The notes under the pieces were generated by a model. The model had not been told where the DNA came from, did no database searches, and worked only from the letters and a program-made list of their open reading frames with translations. Made by a program: the position numbers and the translations under genes. Of a stretch of 64,000 bases of DNA, positions 7,967-17,377 are shown piece by piece. Within the stretch, counting starts at the first letter, position 1, and each line of letters opens with the position of its first letter. Source of the DNA: Candidatus Poribacteria bacterium (GTDB taxonomy: Bacteria; Poribacteria; WGA-4E; WGA-3G); assembly GCA_965215265.1 (NCBI GenBank), contig OZ244048.1, positions 4,549,989 to 4,613,988 on the forward strand, written 5' to 3'.

Positions 7967-9343
7967 ATGTCAAATATTACGTCGACCCCACAGTCCAAAT
8001 CTATAGAGACCAGGGTTCTGTTTAAAAATTGGTTATTTCAATTCATGCTTGTTTTCACGGTCGGGCTCACCTTAGCTTTTGTCGGTTGTGGTGCAGATGA
8101 AGATGGTGAAGAAGAAGGAGAAGCAACTTCCGAAGTGACGGAGGAAATTATTAATGTTGATGGACGGGAGGTAGTTGTCCTTGAAGGAAGGCTCACTGAA
8201 GATAGAACTCTCACCGCGGCATACGATTATCTGTTACGTGGCGCTGTGTTTGTTGAATCCGGTGCCACGTTAACGATTGAAGCGGGTGTCCAAATTTTTG
8301 GTGAAGGCGCAAGCCAGGGGACCTTGATTGTCGCACAAGGCGGTAAGATTATGGCGCAAGGCACTGCCTCGGCTCCTATCGTCATGTCTAGTGATGCGGC
8401 TATCGGCAGCAGAGCCCGCGGACAGTGGGGGGGCTTGATCATCAACGGAAACGCCCCCACGAACCAGGGTGTTACGTTCGGTGAAGGGGATACAGGGGCC
8501 TTTGGCGGAAACAACCCAGCCGATAGCAGCGGTGTCATACGGTATGTCCGTGTTGAATACGCCGGTATCGAATTTAGCCCTGACAATGAACTGAACGGCA
8601 TCGCCTTCCAGGGTGTCGGGTCAGGTACCGTCGTTGAACATGTGCAAGTACACATGAACCAAGATGATGGTATAGAGTTCTTCGGTGGCACCGTCAACCT
8701 CAAATACGCCTTGGTGACCGGTGCACGTGATGATTCATTTGATTGGACTGATGGCTGGACCGGGAAGGGCCAATTCTGGGTTGCGCAGCAGTACGGTGAC
8801 GATGCGGATAACGGTTTCGAAGTTGATAACAACAGTAAAGATAATGAAGCAACCCCACGTTCTAATGCTACTATCTATAACGTTACGCTCGTCGGCGACC
8901 CGAGTGGCCCCGAAAGCGACAACGGTATGCTAATTCGCGAAGGTGCCGCTGGCACATATGGGAATTTCATTGTCACCGGTTTTAACAAAGTCGGGCTTGA
9001 CATCAACAATGAATCAACCCACGCACAAGCCAATAACGGGGCTTTGACGGTAAAAAACAGCATCTTCTTTGAAAACGGTAAAGGAAATTTCGGTGATGAA
9101 AAAGATGACGACGGCTTTGATGAAGCGGCATGGGCAGCCACAAACGATAATCATGAGACAGACCCGCAATTGGCAGCCCCTTTCAATAAAACCACGCCCA
9201 ACTTTACGCCGGGTGCTGGTGCCACTTCAATACCAGCCGCTACACCCCCCGCTGACGGTTTCTTTGATGCTGTTAACTTCATTGGGGGCGTGAGCCCTTC
9301 CGACAATTGGACAAGCGGATGGACAACGAGTGCGCAAAACTAA
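7967..9343 (+). CDS. Exported lipoprotein of unknown function, probable parallel beta-helix-like fold, TBDR-associated
   Basis: 458 aa. The lipobox-like sequence is LAFVGCGADEDGEEEGE. Gly/Asn-rich repetitive blocks include GGLIINGNA, YVRVEYAGIEF and DDGIEFFGGTV. It sits directly downstream of the TBDR gene. Confidence 0.6.
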   Translation: MSNITSTPQSKSIETRVLFKNWLFQFMLVFTVGLTLAFVGCGADEDGEEEGEATSEVTEEIINVDGREVVVLEGRLTEDRTLTAAYDYLLRGAVFVESGATLTIEAGVQIFGEGASQGTLIVAQGGKIMAQGTASAPIVMSSDAAIGSRARGQWGGLIINGNAPTNQGVTFGEGDTGAFGGNNPADSSGVIRYVRVEYAGIEFSPDNELNGIAFQGVGSGTVVEHVQVHMNQDDGIEFFGGTVNLKYALVTGARDDSFDWTDGWTGKGQFWVAQQYGDDADNGFEVDNNSKDNEATPRSNATIYNVTLVGDPSGPESDNGMLIREGAAGTYGNFIVTGFNKVGLDINNESTHAQANNGALTVKNSIFFENGKGNFGDEKDDDGFDEAAWAATNDNHETDPQLAAPFNKTTPNFTPGAGATSIPAATPPADGFFDAVNFIGGVSPSDNWTSGWTTSAQN

Positions 9344-9890
9344 TAGCACTGGCCCCATAAGCGTAGTTTGGTTTTCCGATAAGACCGGGCTCGCACGGCA
9401 AACCCCTTGGACGTTCATAGCCAGTCTCCTTATTTGCAGTAGTTTGGCAGGATGTGAACAATCCAAGTGGCAGAATAGTCTCGACTCGCCAGGCCGACTC
9501 GGTCTGGCAGTCGTTGACGCTCTGAATCGGAAAGACCTTCAAAAAATGAACCGGCTCCGCGTGCAGCGCACAGAATATCTCACTTGGATATGGCCAGCTT
9601 TTCCAGCCAGCCGTCCGCCAAGCAACTTCCCCGGTGATTTTGCCTGGGCCAATCTCAATAAAAAATGTAGCATCGGGATGAAAAGAGCCATAGAACGTTA
9701 CGGAGGACAGAACTTTACCTTTGTAGGGATTCGCTTTACAAAACCTTCAGAAGACTATGACGGGTTTCAACTTTTGCGTGGAACCGTTTTGACATTAAGA
9801 AATCAGACAGGCAAAACGTTGGAAGCCAAGATTCTCGGTTCTGTAATTGTTAAGGATAATCGTTACAAGTTCCTAAGTTACGACGACTAA
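9330..9890 (+). CDS. Hypothetical lipoprotein
   Basis: 186 aa ORF overlapping the preceding gene by 14 nt. It has a candidate lipobox, SSLAGCEQ. I recognise no family. Confidence 0.5.
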   Translation: MRKTNSTGPISVVWFSDKTGLARQTPWTFIASLLICSSLAGCEQSKWQNSLDSPGRLGLAVVDALNRKDLQKMNRLRVQRTEYLTWIWPAFPASRPPSNFPGDFAWANLNKKCSIGMKRAIERYGGQNFTFVGIRFTKPSEDYDGFQLLRGTVLTLRNQTGKTLEAKILGSVIVKDNRYKFLSYDD

Positions 9891-9934
9891 TTCTCTTTTA
9901 TGTCTCGTGCACAGAATGTGGAGGATCGAAATTT

Positions 9935-10945
9935 ATGAGTTATGCAATCTCTAATTACGCACTTGGCAAACAGAAAAGGAAGCATCGGCGGCAAAAAATG
10001 AAGGGCAGCGCAAAACTACAATCCACACCTATTAAAAAAAAGGTGACGATGTCGGCGAAAACCGCTCAGGTCTCAATGACAGTTGTCGATGCGCAGCGAC
10101 AAAATAGAGAAGCCGCCAAAAAATGGAAAACTTCTGTTAGAAAATTCGCAATCGGACTCTCTATCGGTTTGCATGCCGTCGCCATTGTGATTGCCGCTGT
10201 CTATATCGTTCGGAAAACAGTTTTACATATGAATGAAGACAAGGTCCAAAGTGTTGTTGTGAACCAGGCCAAACCACAACCGAAACGGCGAACGCCGCCG
10301 CGTGCGACCAGACGAACCGAGAAACCTAAAACTTTTAAGATTCGCGCACCGAAAGGGAAGCCAGTAACAACGCACGCTAAGATTCCGATGGGTAACGCAC
10401 GTTTCACATTGCCCACCGGCGATATTTCTACGCGCCCCACAACGGTACCCAGTACGACTGGGATTGGCAAAAACCTCCTGACTATCGCAAGACAGACTCA
10501 CATCGTTAATACCATGCCCAAGTTTGAAGTCCCGAAATTTCAAACGGCCAGTTTTGTAGAAAGAATGGATGTCGGAACGAGTCTTGCGCAATCGGAATTC
10601 AACGACCCAGGCAATATTGAACTCGCTTCTATCAATTTAGGCGATGCCAAACAGTCATTTAACGAATTCTTGAAATTAGTCCGGGAACGTATTAAGCGCG
10701 CACAACGGTTCCCTCCCAGCGTACGGAATTTAGAAGAAGGGAGCACCACAACGGTCCGCTTCACGCTTTTTAAGGACGGCACTGTAGGCAATCCGAAGGT
10801 TGCCAATTCTTCCGGATCACGTGCACTGGACAGTGCTGCAATCGCTGCGGTTCAAAATGCAGTGCCGTATCCGCCGTTCCCCGATGGGCAGTATGGGAGC
10901 AGCTTGCGGCTTGAACTCCCCATTGTTTTTGAGTTAGTGAATTAA
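9935..10945 (+). CDS. Energy transducer TonB-family protein
   Basis: GGAGGA RBS. An N-terminal TM segment is followed by a basic/proline-rich linker, KPQPKRRTPPRATRRTEKPK. The C-terminal TonB domain is RFPPSVRNLEEGSTTTVRFTLFKDGTVGNPKVANSSGSRALDSAAIAAVQNAVPYPPFP. Confidence 0.8.
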   Translation: MSYAISNYALGKQKRKHRRQKMKGSAKLQSTPIKKKVTMSAKTAQVSMTVVDAQRQNREAAKKWKTSVRKFAIGLSIGLHAVAIVIAAVYIVRKTVLHMNEDKVQSVVVNQAKPQPKRRTPPRATRRTEKPKTFKIRAPKGKPVTTHAKIPMGNARFTLPTGDISTRPTTVPSTTGIGKNLLTIARQTHIVNTMPKFEVPKFQTASFVERMDVGTSLAQSEFNDPGNIELASINLGDAKQSFNEFLKLVRERIKRAQRFPPSVRNLEEGSTTTVRFTLFKDGTVGNPKVANSSGSRALDSAAIAAVQNAVPYPPFPDGQYGSSLRLELPIVFELVN

Positions 10946-11035
10946 CGATCGAACGTCGGGACGGCTGCTGCTGTCCTCGACACTCCAAAGCAAGATTTTG
11001 TCTATCCGCAAATACGACTTGCTATGATGCGTCTC

Positions 11036-12361
11036 CTACTGATTTTCCCACTCAAACCGCTGTTTATCTATCTTCGCTTTCTCTTCATCTACAAAACGCA
11101 ACAACACCAACCCGACAATAAAGAAAACGATAAGCGAGATGATAGCTTGGCGTGCGTCGCCTGTGATGTGACGAATAAAGCCAAACACAAACGGTCCCCA
11201 AATCGCCGAGAACTTATTAAAAACTGAATAGAAACCATAAAACTCAGCACTCGCCTGTTCTGGAACTATTCGCCCGTAGAAGGAACGGCTCAGCGCTTGT
11301 GTTCCGCCAAGCACAATGCCAACAACCACGCCTAACAAAAAGTATTGCATTGCACCATCAATGAAATACCCGTAGGTGACAACAGCACTCCAGAGAAGCA
11401 AGGCAAAGATAATAGCACGTTTTGTGCCGATGCGTTCCGCTAACCGACTGAATAGCAGCGCACCGCCTATTGCAATGATTTGGATAACGAGCAACGTCAC
11501 TAGGAGTACCGTTGTTGAAAGCTCTAACGTTTCCTTACCGTAAATTGTCGCCATGCTGGTAACCGTATGGATACCGTCATTATAAATCATATAGGCGATC
11601 AGAAAGAGCGTGAGATGTTTAAAGCGGCCTACCTTTTTCGCAGTCGCCAGGGTGCGGCGAATGCCGAGCGCCAGATAACCTTTTACTTTTAAGGAATCAG
11701 GCCCATTTTCAGGTAACGCGTGAGGTGTTTTCTCTTCCTTAAGGTACTTAGCCGTCAAAAGTGTCCAGCCTGCCCACCAGAGTCCCGCCATTGCCATCCC
11801 GATACGTGCTGCCATGGCTTGACTCATTCCCAACGTTTCATGCATCGCAACGAGTGCCAGAGAAATAGCAAACTGAGTCCCACCGCCGATGTACCCAAAT
11901 GCATAACCGTTAGCGGAGACAGCATCCAGTTTATCTTCAGAGGCAATGTGTGGTAAAAAAGCGTCATAGAAGACATTCGCCCCCACAAAACAGACCTGGG
12001 AGCCGATAAAGAGGCACACCGTCAACACGACATCTCCTGTCTTACAAAAATAGAGCAAGGTTGCGAAAAAGCTGCCCATGTAAGCGAAACCGAGCAGAAA
12101 CCGCTTTTTCGCCGAAGAGAAATCGGCGATAGCCCCCAGGACAGGCGCGAAGAGGAAGACTAAAAATGCGGACGCTGCCAACATCCATGCCCATAACGTC
12201 TCACTACTTACGTTATGCCCGGCAATGTTAACACCATCTTCGCCTACGATCGCTCCTGCAAAATAGACAGGCAACAAGGCAACCACCGTCGTCGTAATAT
12301 AGGCCGAATTCGCCCAATCATATAGACACCAGCCCAAAATTGTTTTCTTATCGTTTTTCAT
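11036..12361 (-). CDS. MFS transporter, UMF1/Atg22-like family
   Basis: 441 aa, roughly 12 TM segments. The N-terminus ILGWCLYDWANSAYITTTVVALLPVYF is characteristic of the UMF1 (Atg22-like) MFS family. Confidence 0.8.
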   Translation of the reverse strand: MKNDKKTILGWCLYDWANSAYITTTVVALLPVYFAGAIVGEDGVNIAGHNVSSETLWAWMLAASAFLVFLFAPVLGAIADFSSAKKRFLLGFAYMGSFFATLLYFCKTGDVVLTVCLFIGSQVCFVGANVFYDAFLPHIASEDKLDAVSANGYAFGYIGGGTQFAISLALVAMHETLGMSQAMAARIGMAMAGLWWAGWTLLTAKYLKEEKTPHALPENGPDSLKVKGYLALGIRRTLATAKKVGRFKHLTLFLIAYMIYNDGIHTVTSMATIYGKETLELSTTVLLVTLLVIQIIAIGGALLFSRLAERIGTKRAIIFALLLWSAVVTYGYFIDGAMQYFLLGVVVGIVLGGTQALSRSFYGRIVPEQASAEFYGFYSVFNKFSAIWGPFVFGFIRHITGDARQAIISLIVFFIVGLVLLRFVDEEKAKIDKQRFEWENQ

Positions 12362-12439
12362 GATAATTTCGTCCTATTTTCTCATATTTCGCATCGCAAA
12401 TCAAGCCGGTTTTCCTAAAACGCCAAAAACTAATAGACG

Positions 12440-12468
12440 TTGATATTTTTCCTATTTGAGAGTATACT
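12440..12468 (+). promoter_or_regulatory. Sigma-70-type promoter (TTGATA-17 nt-TATACT) for the cupin-M20 operon
   Basis: TTGATA at 12440-12445, a 17 nt spacer, then TATACT at 12463-12468. It lies about 50 nt upstream of the ATG at 12518. Confidence 0.5.
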
Positions 12469-12517
12469 CGAGTAAAATAATTCCTGCCGCTCAACGGCAG
12501 TCTTTTTATGGTATCAC

Positions 12518-12931
12518 ATGAATATGAAAGCACACGTTATCAATTTTCAAGAACGGAAACCTATTGACCGGGGAACAGGCGTGAAGACGGTCCCTTTAAC
12601 TGGAAAATGGCTTGATTCAACCTCACTAACCAATGGCGTAACGATGTTCGAACCCGGTGCAGCGATTGCTCGCCACTATCACAATTGTGATGAATCTGTT
12701 ACAATTCTAGAAGGCGAGGCCGCCTGCGAAGTTGATGGTGACATCTTCTCAATGACGGCTTTTGACACCACTTTTGTGCCTGCCGGTATTCCACACCGGT
12801 TTTGGAACGAAAGCAACGCACCGATGAAAATCCTATGGACTTACGCCTCGGTGAACGTCACGCGAACGTTTACAGATACCGGTGAAACGGTAGAACACTT
12901 ATCCACGGATGATAAAGCCGTAGCAAACTAA
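12518..12931 (+). CDS. Cupin domain protein
   Basis: 137 aa. The cupin motifs are ARHYHNCDESVTILEGEA and FVPAGIPHRFWN. Confidence 0.8.
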   Translation: MNMKAHVINFQERKPIDRGTGVKTVPLTGKWLDSTSLTNGVTMFEPGAAIARHYHNCDESVTILEGEAACEVDGDIFSMTAFDTTFVPAGIPHRFWNESNAPMKILWTYASVNVTRTFTDTGETVEHLSTDDKAVAN

Positions 12932-14184
12932 TGACTCAAGGATGCCAGATGTCCGTACAAACTTATATTAAGAACAACCAAACCGCACTTTGTGCCTTAC
13001 TACAAGAACTCGTCAGAATTCCGACTGTCAACCCACCCGGTAATGATTATGACAAGTTTGTTGCCGTGCTTGAGGAAAAATGCCGCGAACTCCGCATGCA
13101 AACGCAAATCGTTCCGGTGCCTCTTGACTATGCAAACCAATTCACCCCCAATGCCAAAAGTCACCCGCGTCTCAACCTAATCGCGCATTGGGATGTCGGG
13201 GCAGAAAAAACGGTGCATTTCAACGCACACTACGACATCGTCCCGGTCTCCGGAGACTGGCAGTTTGACCCTTTCGGCGGCGATATTGCTGACGAGTGGC
13301 TTTACGGCCGCGGGGCTGATGATATGAAGGATGCCATCGCTGCATTACTCTTCGCGATTAAAGCCATTCAAGAGACTGGCGGGAAACCGCGCTTCAACAT
13401 TGAATGTTCTTTTACATGCGACGAAGAAACCGGCGGAGACCTTGGTGCGGGCTATATCACAAAACAAGGTTTGGTGAAAGCCGATTACATTGTTAATTGC
13501 GAAGGCGGCGGCGGTATGACCATCGGGAACGGACATAACGGTGTGCTCTGGATGGACATCACTGTCAATGGGAAGGCAGCACACGGCTCGCAACCGCACA
13601 AAGGTATAAACGCCTTTGAGAAAACAGCAGAACTCATAACAGCACTCCAACGGCTCAAACGTGGATTGAAATCACCGACGCGCGCTTTCACCCTCACTGA
13701 CGGCACTGAACGGTACCCGACGCTGAATATTGGCGGCACGTTTCGCGGTACTGACGGAGACAAAATCAATACAGTTCCAGCACAAGTTATATTCTCAATT
13801 GACCGGCGGGTTACTCCTAATGAAACACTCCAGAACGCGGAATTGGAATTGCGAGAAGCTATCTCAGGTGCGTGTGAATACTATTCAGAACTACAAGCGG
13901 ATGTGGAAGCTATCTTGCAGATTGAACCCTGCTTAACAGACGCAACATCCGCGCTCGCACAAACGTTCGCGCGAGCCGTACGCATTGTCCGATTCAATCA
14001 ACCACAATTTAAACCCACAACCGGTTTCACCGATCTGCATTTTTTTGTCAATACAGGTCTTCCCGGAATTGGCTACGGACCACGCGGCGAAGGAGGACAC
14101 GCCATAGACGAACGCGTGCACATTCCCGACTTAGTCAAGACCGCTGCTATTTACGCAACCTTTATGATACGCGACGGTCTTTAG
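12931..14184 (+). CDS. M20 family metallopeptidase (ArgE/DapE-type deacylase)
   Basis: 417 aa. The start overlaps the cupin stop (TAATG). Family-like blocks include HFNAHYDIVP, GRGADDMKD, DEETGG and a C-terminal GEGGHAIDERV. Confidence 0.82.
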   Translation: MTQGCQMSVQTYIKNNQTALCALLQELVRIPTVNPPGNDYDKFVAVLEEKCRELRMQTQIVPVPLDYANQFTPNAKSHPRLNLIAHWDVGAEKTVHFNAHYDIVPVSGDWQFDPFGGDIADEWLYGRGADDMKDAIAALLFAIKAIQETGGKPRFNIECSFTCDEETGGDLGAGYITKQGLVKADYIVNCEGGGGMTIGNGHNGVLWMDITVNGKAAHGSQPHKGINAFEKTAELITALQRLKRGLKSPTRAFTLTDGTERYPTLNIGGTFRGTDGDKINTVPAQVIFSIDRRVTPNETLQNAELELREAISGACEYYSELQADVEAILQIEPCLTDATSALAQTFARAVRIVRFNQPQFKPTTGFTDLHFFVNTGLPGIGYGPRGEGGHAIDERVHIPDLVKTAAIYATFMIRDGL

Positions 14185-14218
14185 AAAACGCATGACAACA
14201 CTGGGACTGAAATAGAAC

Positions 14219-14530
14219 ATGGAAAAGAAATTCCAGAGACAGATCGAAAATTTCAGTTGCGGAAATTGCGGCACGTTCGTCACCGGCGACGGATACACAA
14301 ACCATTGCCCAGAATGCCTCTGGAGCCGACACGTCGATGTCAATCCCGGAGATAGGGCTGAAAATTGTGGAGGTTTAATGGAGCCCGTGGCGGTTATCCA
14401 AAAACAGCAGAATTACATACTCATCCACCGCTGCACGAAGTGTGGCATAAAAAAAAGAAACAGAACGTCAAAAACGGACAACTTTGACGCAGTTATTTCC
14501 ATTCTAAAAGGAGAATATTGGCGGTTGTAA
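14219..14530 (+). CDS. RNHCP domain-containing zinc-ribbon protein
   Basis: 103 aa. FSCGNCGTFVTGDGYTNHCPECLWSRHVD plus a second pair, CTKCG. This matches the RNHCP signature as I recall it. Confidence 0.7.
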   Translation: MEKKFQRQIENFSCGNCGTFVTGDGYTNHCPECLWSRHVDVNPGDRAENCGGLMEPVAVIQKQQNYILIHRCTKCGIKKRNRTSKTDNFDAVISILKGEYWRL

Positions 14531-14598
14531 AGCACCCTGGCGCGTCGATTTAACCCAAAAACCGAGTGCCTCGCTAACTTCATCCAATATGACCAACT

Positions 14599-15498
14599 AT
14601 GAATAAATTTTATATAACTGCTTTCGTTGTTAGCGCGCTCGCGATAATTACACTCTCCCTTTTTCTTTACGCAACTTCCAACACCTTGAAAGCGGTCCGC
14701 GGGGAATTGGCAGCATCGCAAACAGCACGACAGAAAACAGAAACAGAAAAGAAGAACTTAGAGAATGAATTAGAAGATATCCAAAGTACCCTAGGAGCAA
14801 CACGCTTAGAACTCAGCCAAACGCAAGAGATATTGCAAAACGCAAGCGAAGCCGCCCGAAATATCGCTACCGAACGGAACGCACTCCGCGAAGAGAAAAG
14901 CACCCTTGAACAAGAAAAACAGCAGCTCCGCACAAAATTGAACGAAATTGAAGCCGAATTGAAGCGGATCCGGATTCAATCCCAACGCTCAATTGTAGCC
15001 ATTCAAGAAAAATTTAAAGACACGGTCGGGGCAGTATTAGATGATGCCGGACGGTTAAAACTTGACGTGAAAGGGAAAATCCTGTTTGAAACCGGTAAAG
15101 CCACTTTAAGTGCAGAAGGCAAGCAGCTCCTGGATGCAATTGCACAAGAAGTTTTGCTAAACCCCAACTATGCAGATTATATTATCCGGATTGAAGGGCA
15201 TACGGACAATACGCCTATCGGCGGTGACGCATTGCGAAACTGGGAACTTTCAACCGATCGAGCCGTCGCCGCAGTAAAATACCTCCAAGTGCACGCGAAC
15301 GTGGATGCCCATCGCCTTACAGCAACAGGACACGCTTTCTACCAGCCGATCTATACAGCCAACACCTCAGAAGCGAAGGCAAAAAACCGGAGAATCGAAA
15401 TTATCCTCGTACCACCACAAGATTTCTTATTAGAGCTGCTTACATCTGTCCAAAATGTCATGAAATCCCTTCAGAAAACAGAAAGTCAACAAGAATAA
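14599..15498 (+). CDS. OmpA/MotB-family peptidoglycan-binding protein with an N-terminal TM anchor and coiled coil
   Basis: 299 aa. The OmpA-like C-terminus is IRIEGHTDNTPIG...NWELSTDRAVAAVKYL...NRRIEIIL. A long heptad-like segment rich in E, K, L and Q precedes it. Confidence 0.85.
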   Translation: MNKFYITAFVVSALAIITLSLFLYATSNTLKAVRGELAASQTARQKTETEKKNLENELEDIQSTLGATRLELSQTQEILQNASEAARNIATERNALREEKSTLEQEKQQLRTKLNEIEAELKRIRIQSQRSIVAIQEKFKDTVGAVLDDAGRLKLDVKGKILFETGKATLSAEGKQLLDAIAQEVLLNPNYADYIIRIEGHTDNTPIGGDALRNWELSTDRAVAAVKYLQVHANVDAHRLTATGHAFYQPIYTANTSEAKAKNRRIEIILVPPQDFLLELLTSVQNVMKSLQKTESQQE

Positions 15499-15510
15499 TC
15501 ACAGCCATGC

Positions 15511-16383
15511 CTATTTTTCGGTGTGCTGCCCCTTAGCCCCTTGCATCACCAGCCGCTTTGTCTCCGCAATCTGTTCTATGATACGCTCGTTCGTCCATGA
15601 AACCGATACAAAATAGCGGAGTTCTTCAGGATTACTCAAACTTTCAACACCAAATGTTGTTTGAAGCCCGCTTGCGGCAATATGCCGCATCGCAGCGTTA
15701 ACGCTAATGCCATCAAATTCTACGCTTAGCGTGATATCTCCCTTCGCAAATACAGGGTGGAATTCAGTACTCATCCCTGCAAACAACCCGACTGGGAAAT
15801 CACCGGGGGCAAAACGTGCTGTGCCAAGCCCTATATGCCCCGAAATAAGGTGGATCCGAGGAAGATTAAACGTTTTACTCACAACAAGAAAGGCAGCACG
15901 CTCGCGCGAAACTGGATTTTCTAATAGAGCAGACGGACCTGCCTTTGCTAACTTCAAGTTCTCAACCCCGATTGCTACACCCGGAATCATCCCAGGTTCC
16001 TTTTCCTTTACTAGTTGTACCTTCAGGGCTGCTAATTGTAAGGTAGCATCTCCGTTATCCAATTGCACGTCAGGCACAAAAGACTGATACCAGAGGTAGG
16101 ATAACCCAATCTCACCTCTATCAAACATGCCGAAGTTAAGACGAAGAGCTGTCTCATCCCGTAGAAGTCGTGATGAATTTTGGAAGGCGATGTGCGTTCC
16201 GACTCCGAATGTCCCGTGTCTTAGCACATCACCCGTCGGGATATTCATCAAACCGCTCTCCGTAAACTTGTCTGCCATAACCACCCCGTTCGGGGCGATG
16301 ACACATACCAAGCACAGAAGACAGGCGTTTATAAGGTAGTAAAGAGGAAAACTGCCCTGCGAGCGCCGCTGGTAAACAGCCAT
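15511..16383 (-). CDS. Hypothetical exported protein (possibly a YjbH-like beta-barrel; tentative)
   Basis: 290 aa. The start ATG overlaps the rpiA stop (TAATG on the minus strand). It has a signal-like N-terminus. SGLMNIPTGDVLRHGTF resembles the YjbH family N-terminal motif. Confidence 0.55.
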   Translation of the reverse strand: MAVYQRRSQGSFPLYYLINACLLCLVCVIAPNGVVMADKFTESGLMNIPTGDVLRHGTFGVGTHIAFQNSSRLLRDETALRLNFGMFDRGEIGLSYLWYQSFVPDVQLDNGDATLQLAALKVQLVKEKEPGMIPGVAIGVENLKLAKAGPSALLENPVSRERAAFLVVSKTFNLPRIHLISGHIGLGTARFAPGDFPVGLFAGMSTEFHPVFAKGDITLSVEFDGISVNAAMRHIAASGLQTTFGVESLSNPEELRYFVSVSWTNERIIEQIAETKRLVMQGAKGQHTEK

Positions 16384-17102
16384 TAATGTTTCTCCATATA
16401 CCGAATCCCCGTAGATGTCCCGATAATAATTTTGTCTGCGCGATTTACGAAAATCCCATTTTCTACCACACCCGGTATATTGTTCAGTTGCGATTCGATC
16501 CGCGCAGGCTCTGCAATTCCATCAAAATGGCAATCAAGGATATAATTTCCATTATCGGTAATAAGTGGACGTTCGTTTTTCTTGCGCAATGTTGACTTTT
16601 CACAGAGCTGATTGACAACCTCCTGTGTAACTTGCCAGCCGAATCTTACAATCTCTACGGGAAGTGCGAAGGTTGTACCCAGCACCTTAGAGCACTTGCT
16701 CTGATCGACCACAATTAATATTCGTTTAGAGACGTTGGCGATAATCTTTTCTCGGACTAACGCCGCCCCACCGCCTTTAATCAGATTGAGGTGAGCGTCA
16801 ACTTCATCGGCACCGTCGATGGTCAGATCTATTGCAGGATGCCTTGCGAACGTTGAAAGCGGGATCCCTTGCACTGTAGCAATTTCTTCGGTACCGCCGG
16901 AGGTAGGAACCCCAACAATGTCTAAGCCTGCCTCAACCATCATGCCAAGCTTTAAGAGCGCGTAATAGACAGTTGACCCGGTGCCTAATCCGACAACCAT
17001 TCCGGATCGGATTTCCTCAGCAGCTCTTTCTGCAGCAATTTTTTTCTGGTGTTCGATGTTCATAACGGGTATAAGTCTATCAGAAACGTGTTTTGGAATC
17101 AA
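16383..17102 (-). CDS. rpiA: Ribose-5-phosphate isomerase A
   Basis: Blocks GLGTGSTVYYAL, DLTIDGADEVD and LNLIKGGGAALVREKI. The true start may be the internal MNIEHQKK (ATG at 17063). Confidence 0.9.
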   Translation of the reverse strand: MIPKHVSDRLIPVMNIEHQKKIAAERAAEEIRSGMVVGLGTGSTVYYALLKLGMMVEAGLDIVGVPTSGGTEEIATVQGIPLSTFARHPAIDLTIDGADEVDAHLNLIKGGGAALVREKIIANVSKRILIVVDQSKCSKVLGTTFALPVEIVRFGWQVTQEVVNQLCEKSTLRKKNERPLITDNGNYILDCHFDGIAEPARIESQLNNIPGVVENGIFVNRADKIIIGTSTGIRYMEKH

Positions 17103-17377
17103 GGCACAAATTCCTGCTTTCTCGGGTTATTTCGTTTCCAACATGTTCTCAAATTTGCGAAGATGTCAGACACAGGATAGCCTTTCTATAGTGCGATTTT
17201 TCGATTTAGCCTTCGTTCTTAGCGGCGAACTAAATCGCCCTACCTGCCCTCAATTTTAATTTGACTTTTTTTCTGTTTTATAATACGATAAAATTACATT
17301 CCATAATTTTCTCAATTTCTAAATATGAAAACGCTACGTGGAGAGAGAACACGTACTAATTCAACAGGAGAAAAGCA

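Noticed and set aside
8227-8832. A long antisense ORF (201 aa). Similar shadow ORFs occur at 525-914, 15707-16087, 30965-31477, 36325-36744, 38725-39228, 39724-40191, 46290-46712, 61560-61970 and 62576-63007.
   Set aside because: Each lies entirely inside, and opposite to, a gene with strong family motifs. Their translations are rich in Pro, Ser, Arg and Cys and low in complexity, as expected for antisense frames of moderately GC-rich genes.
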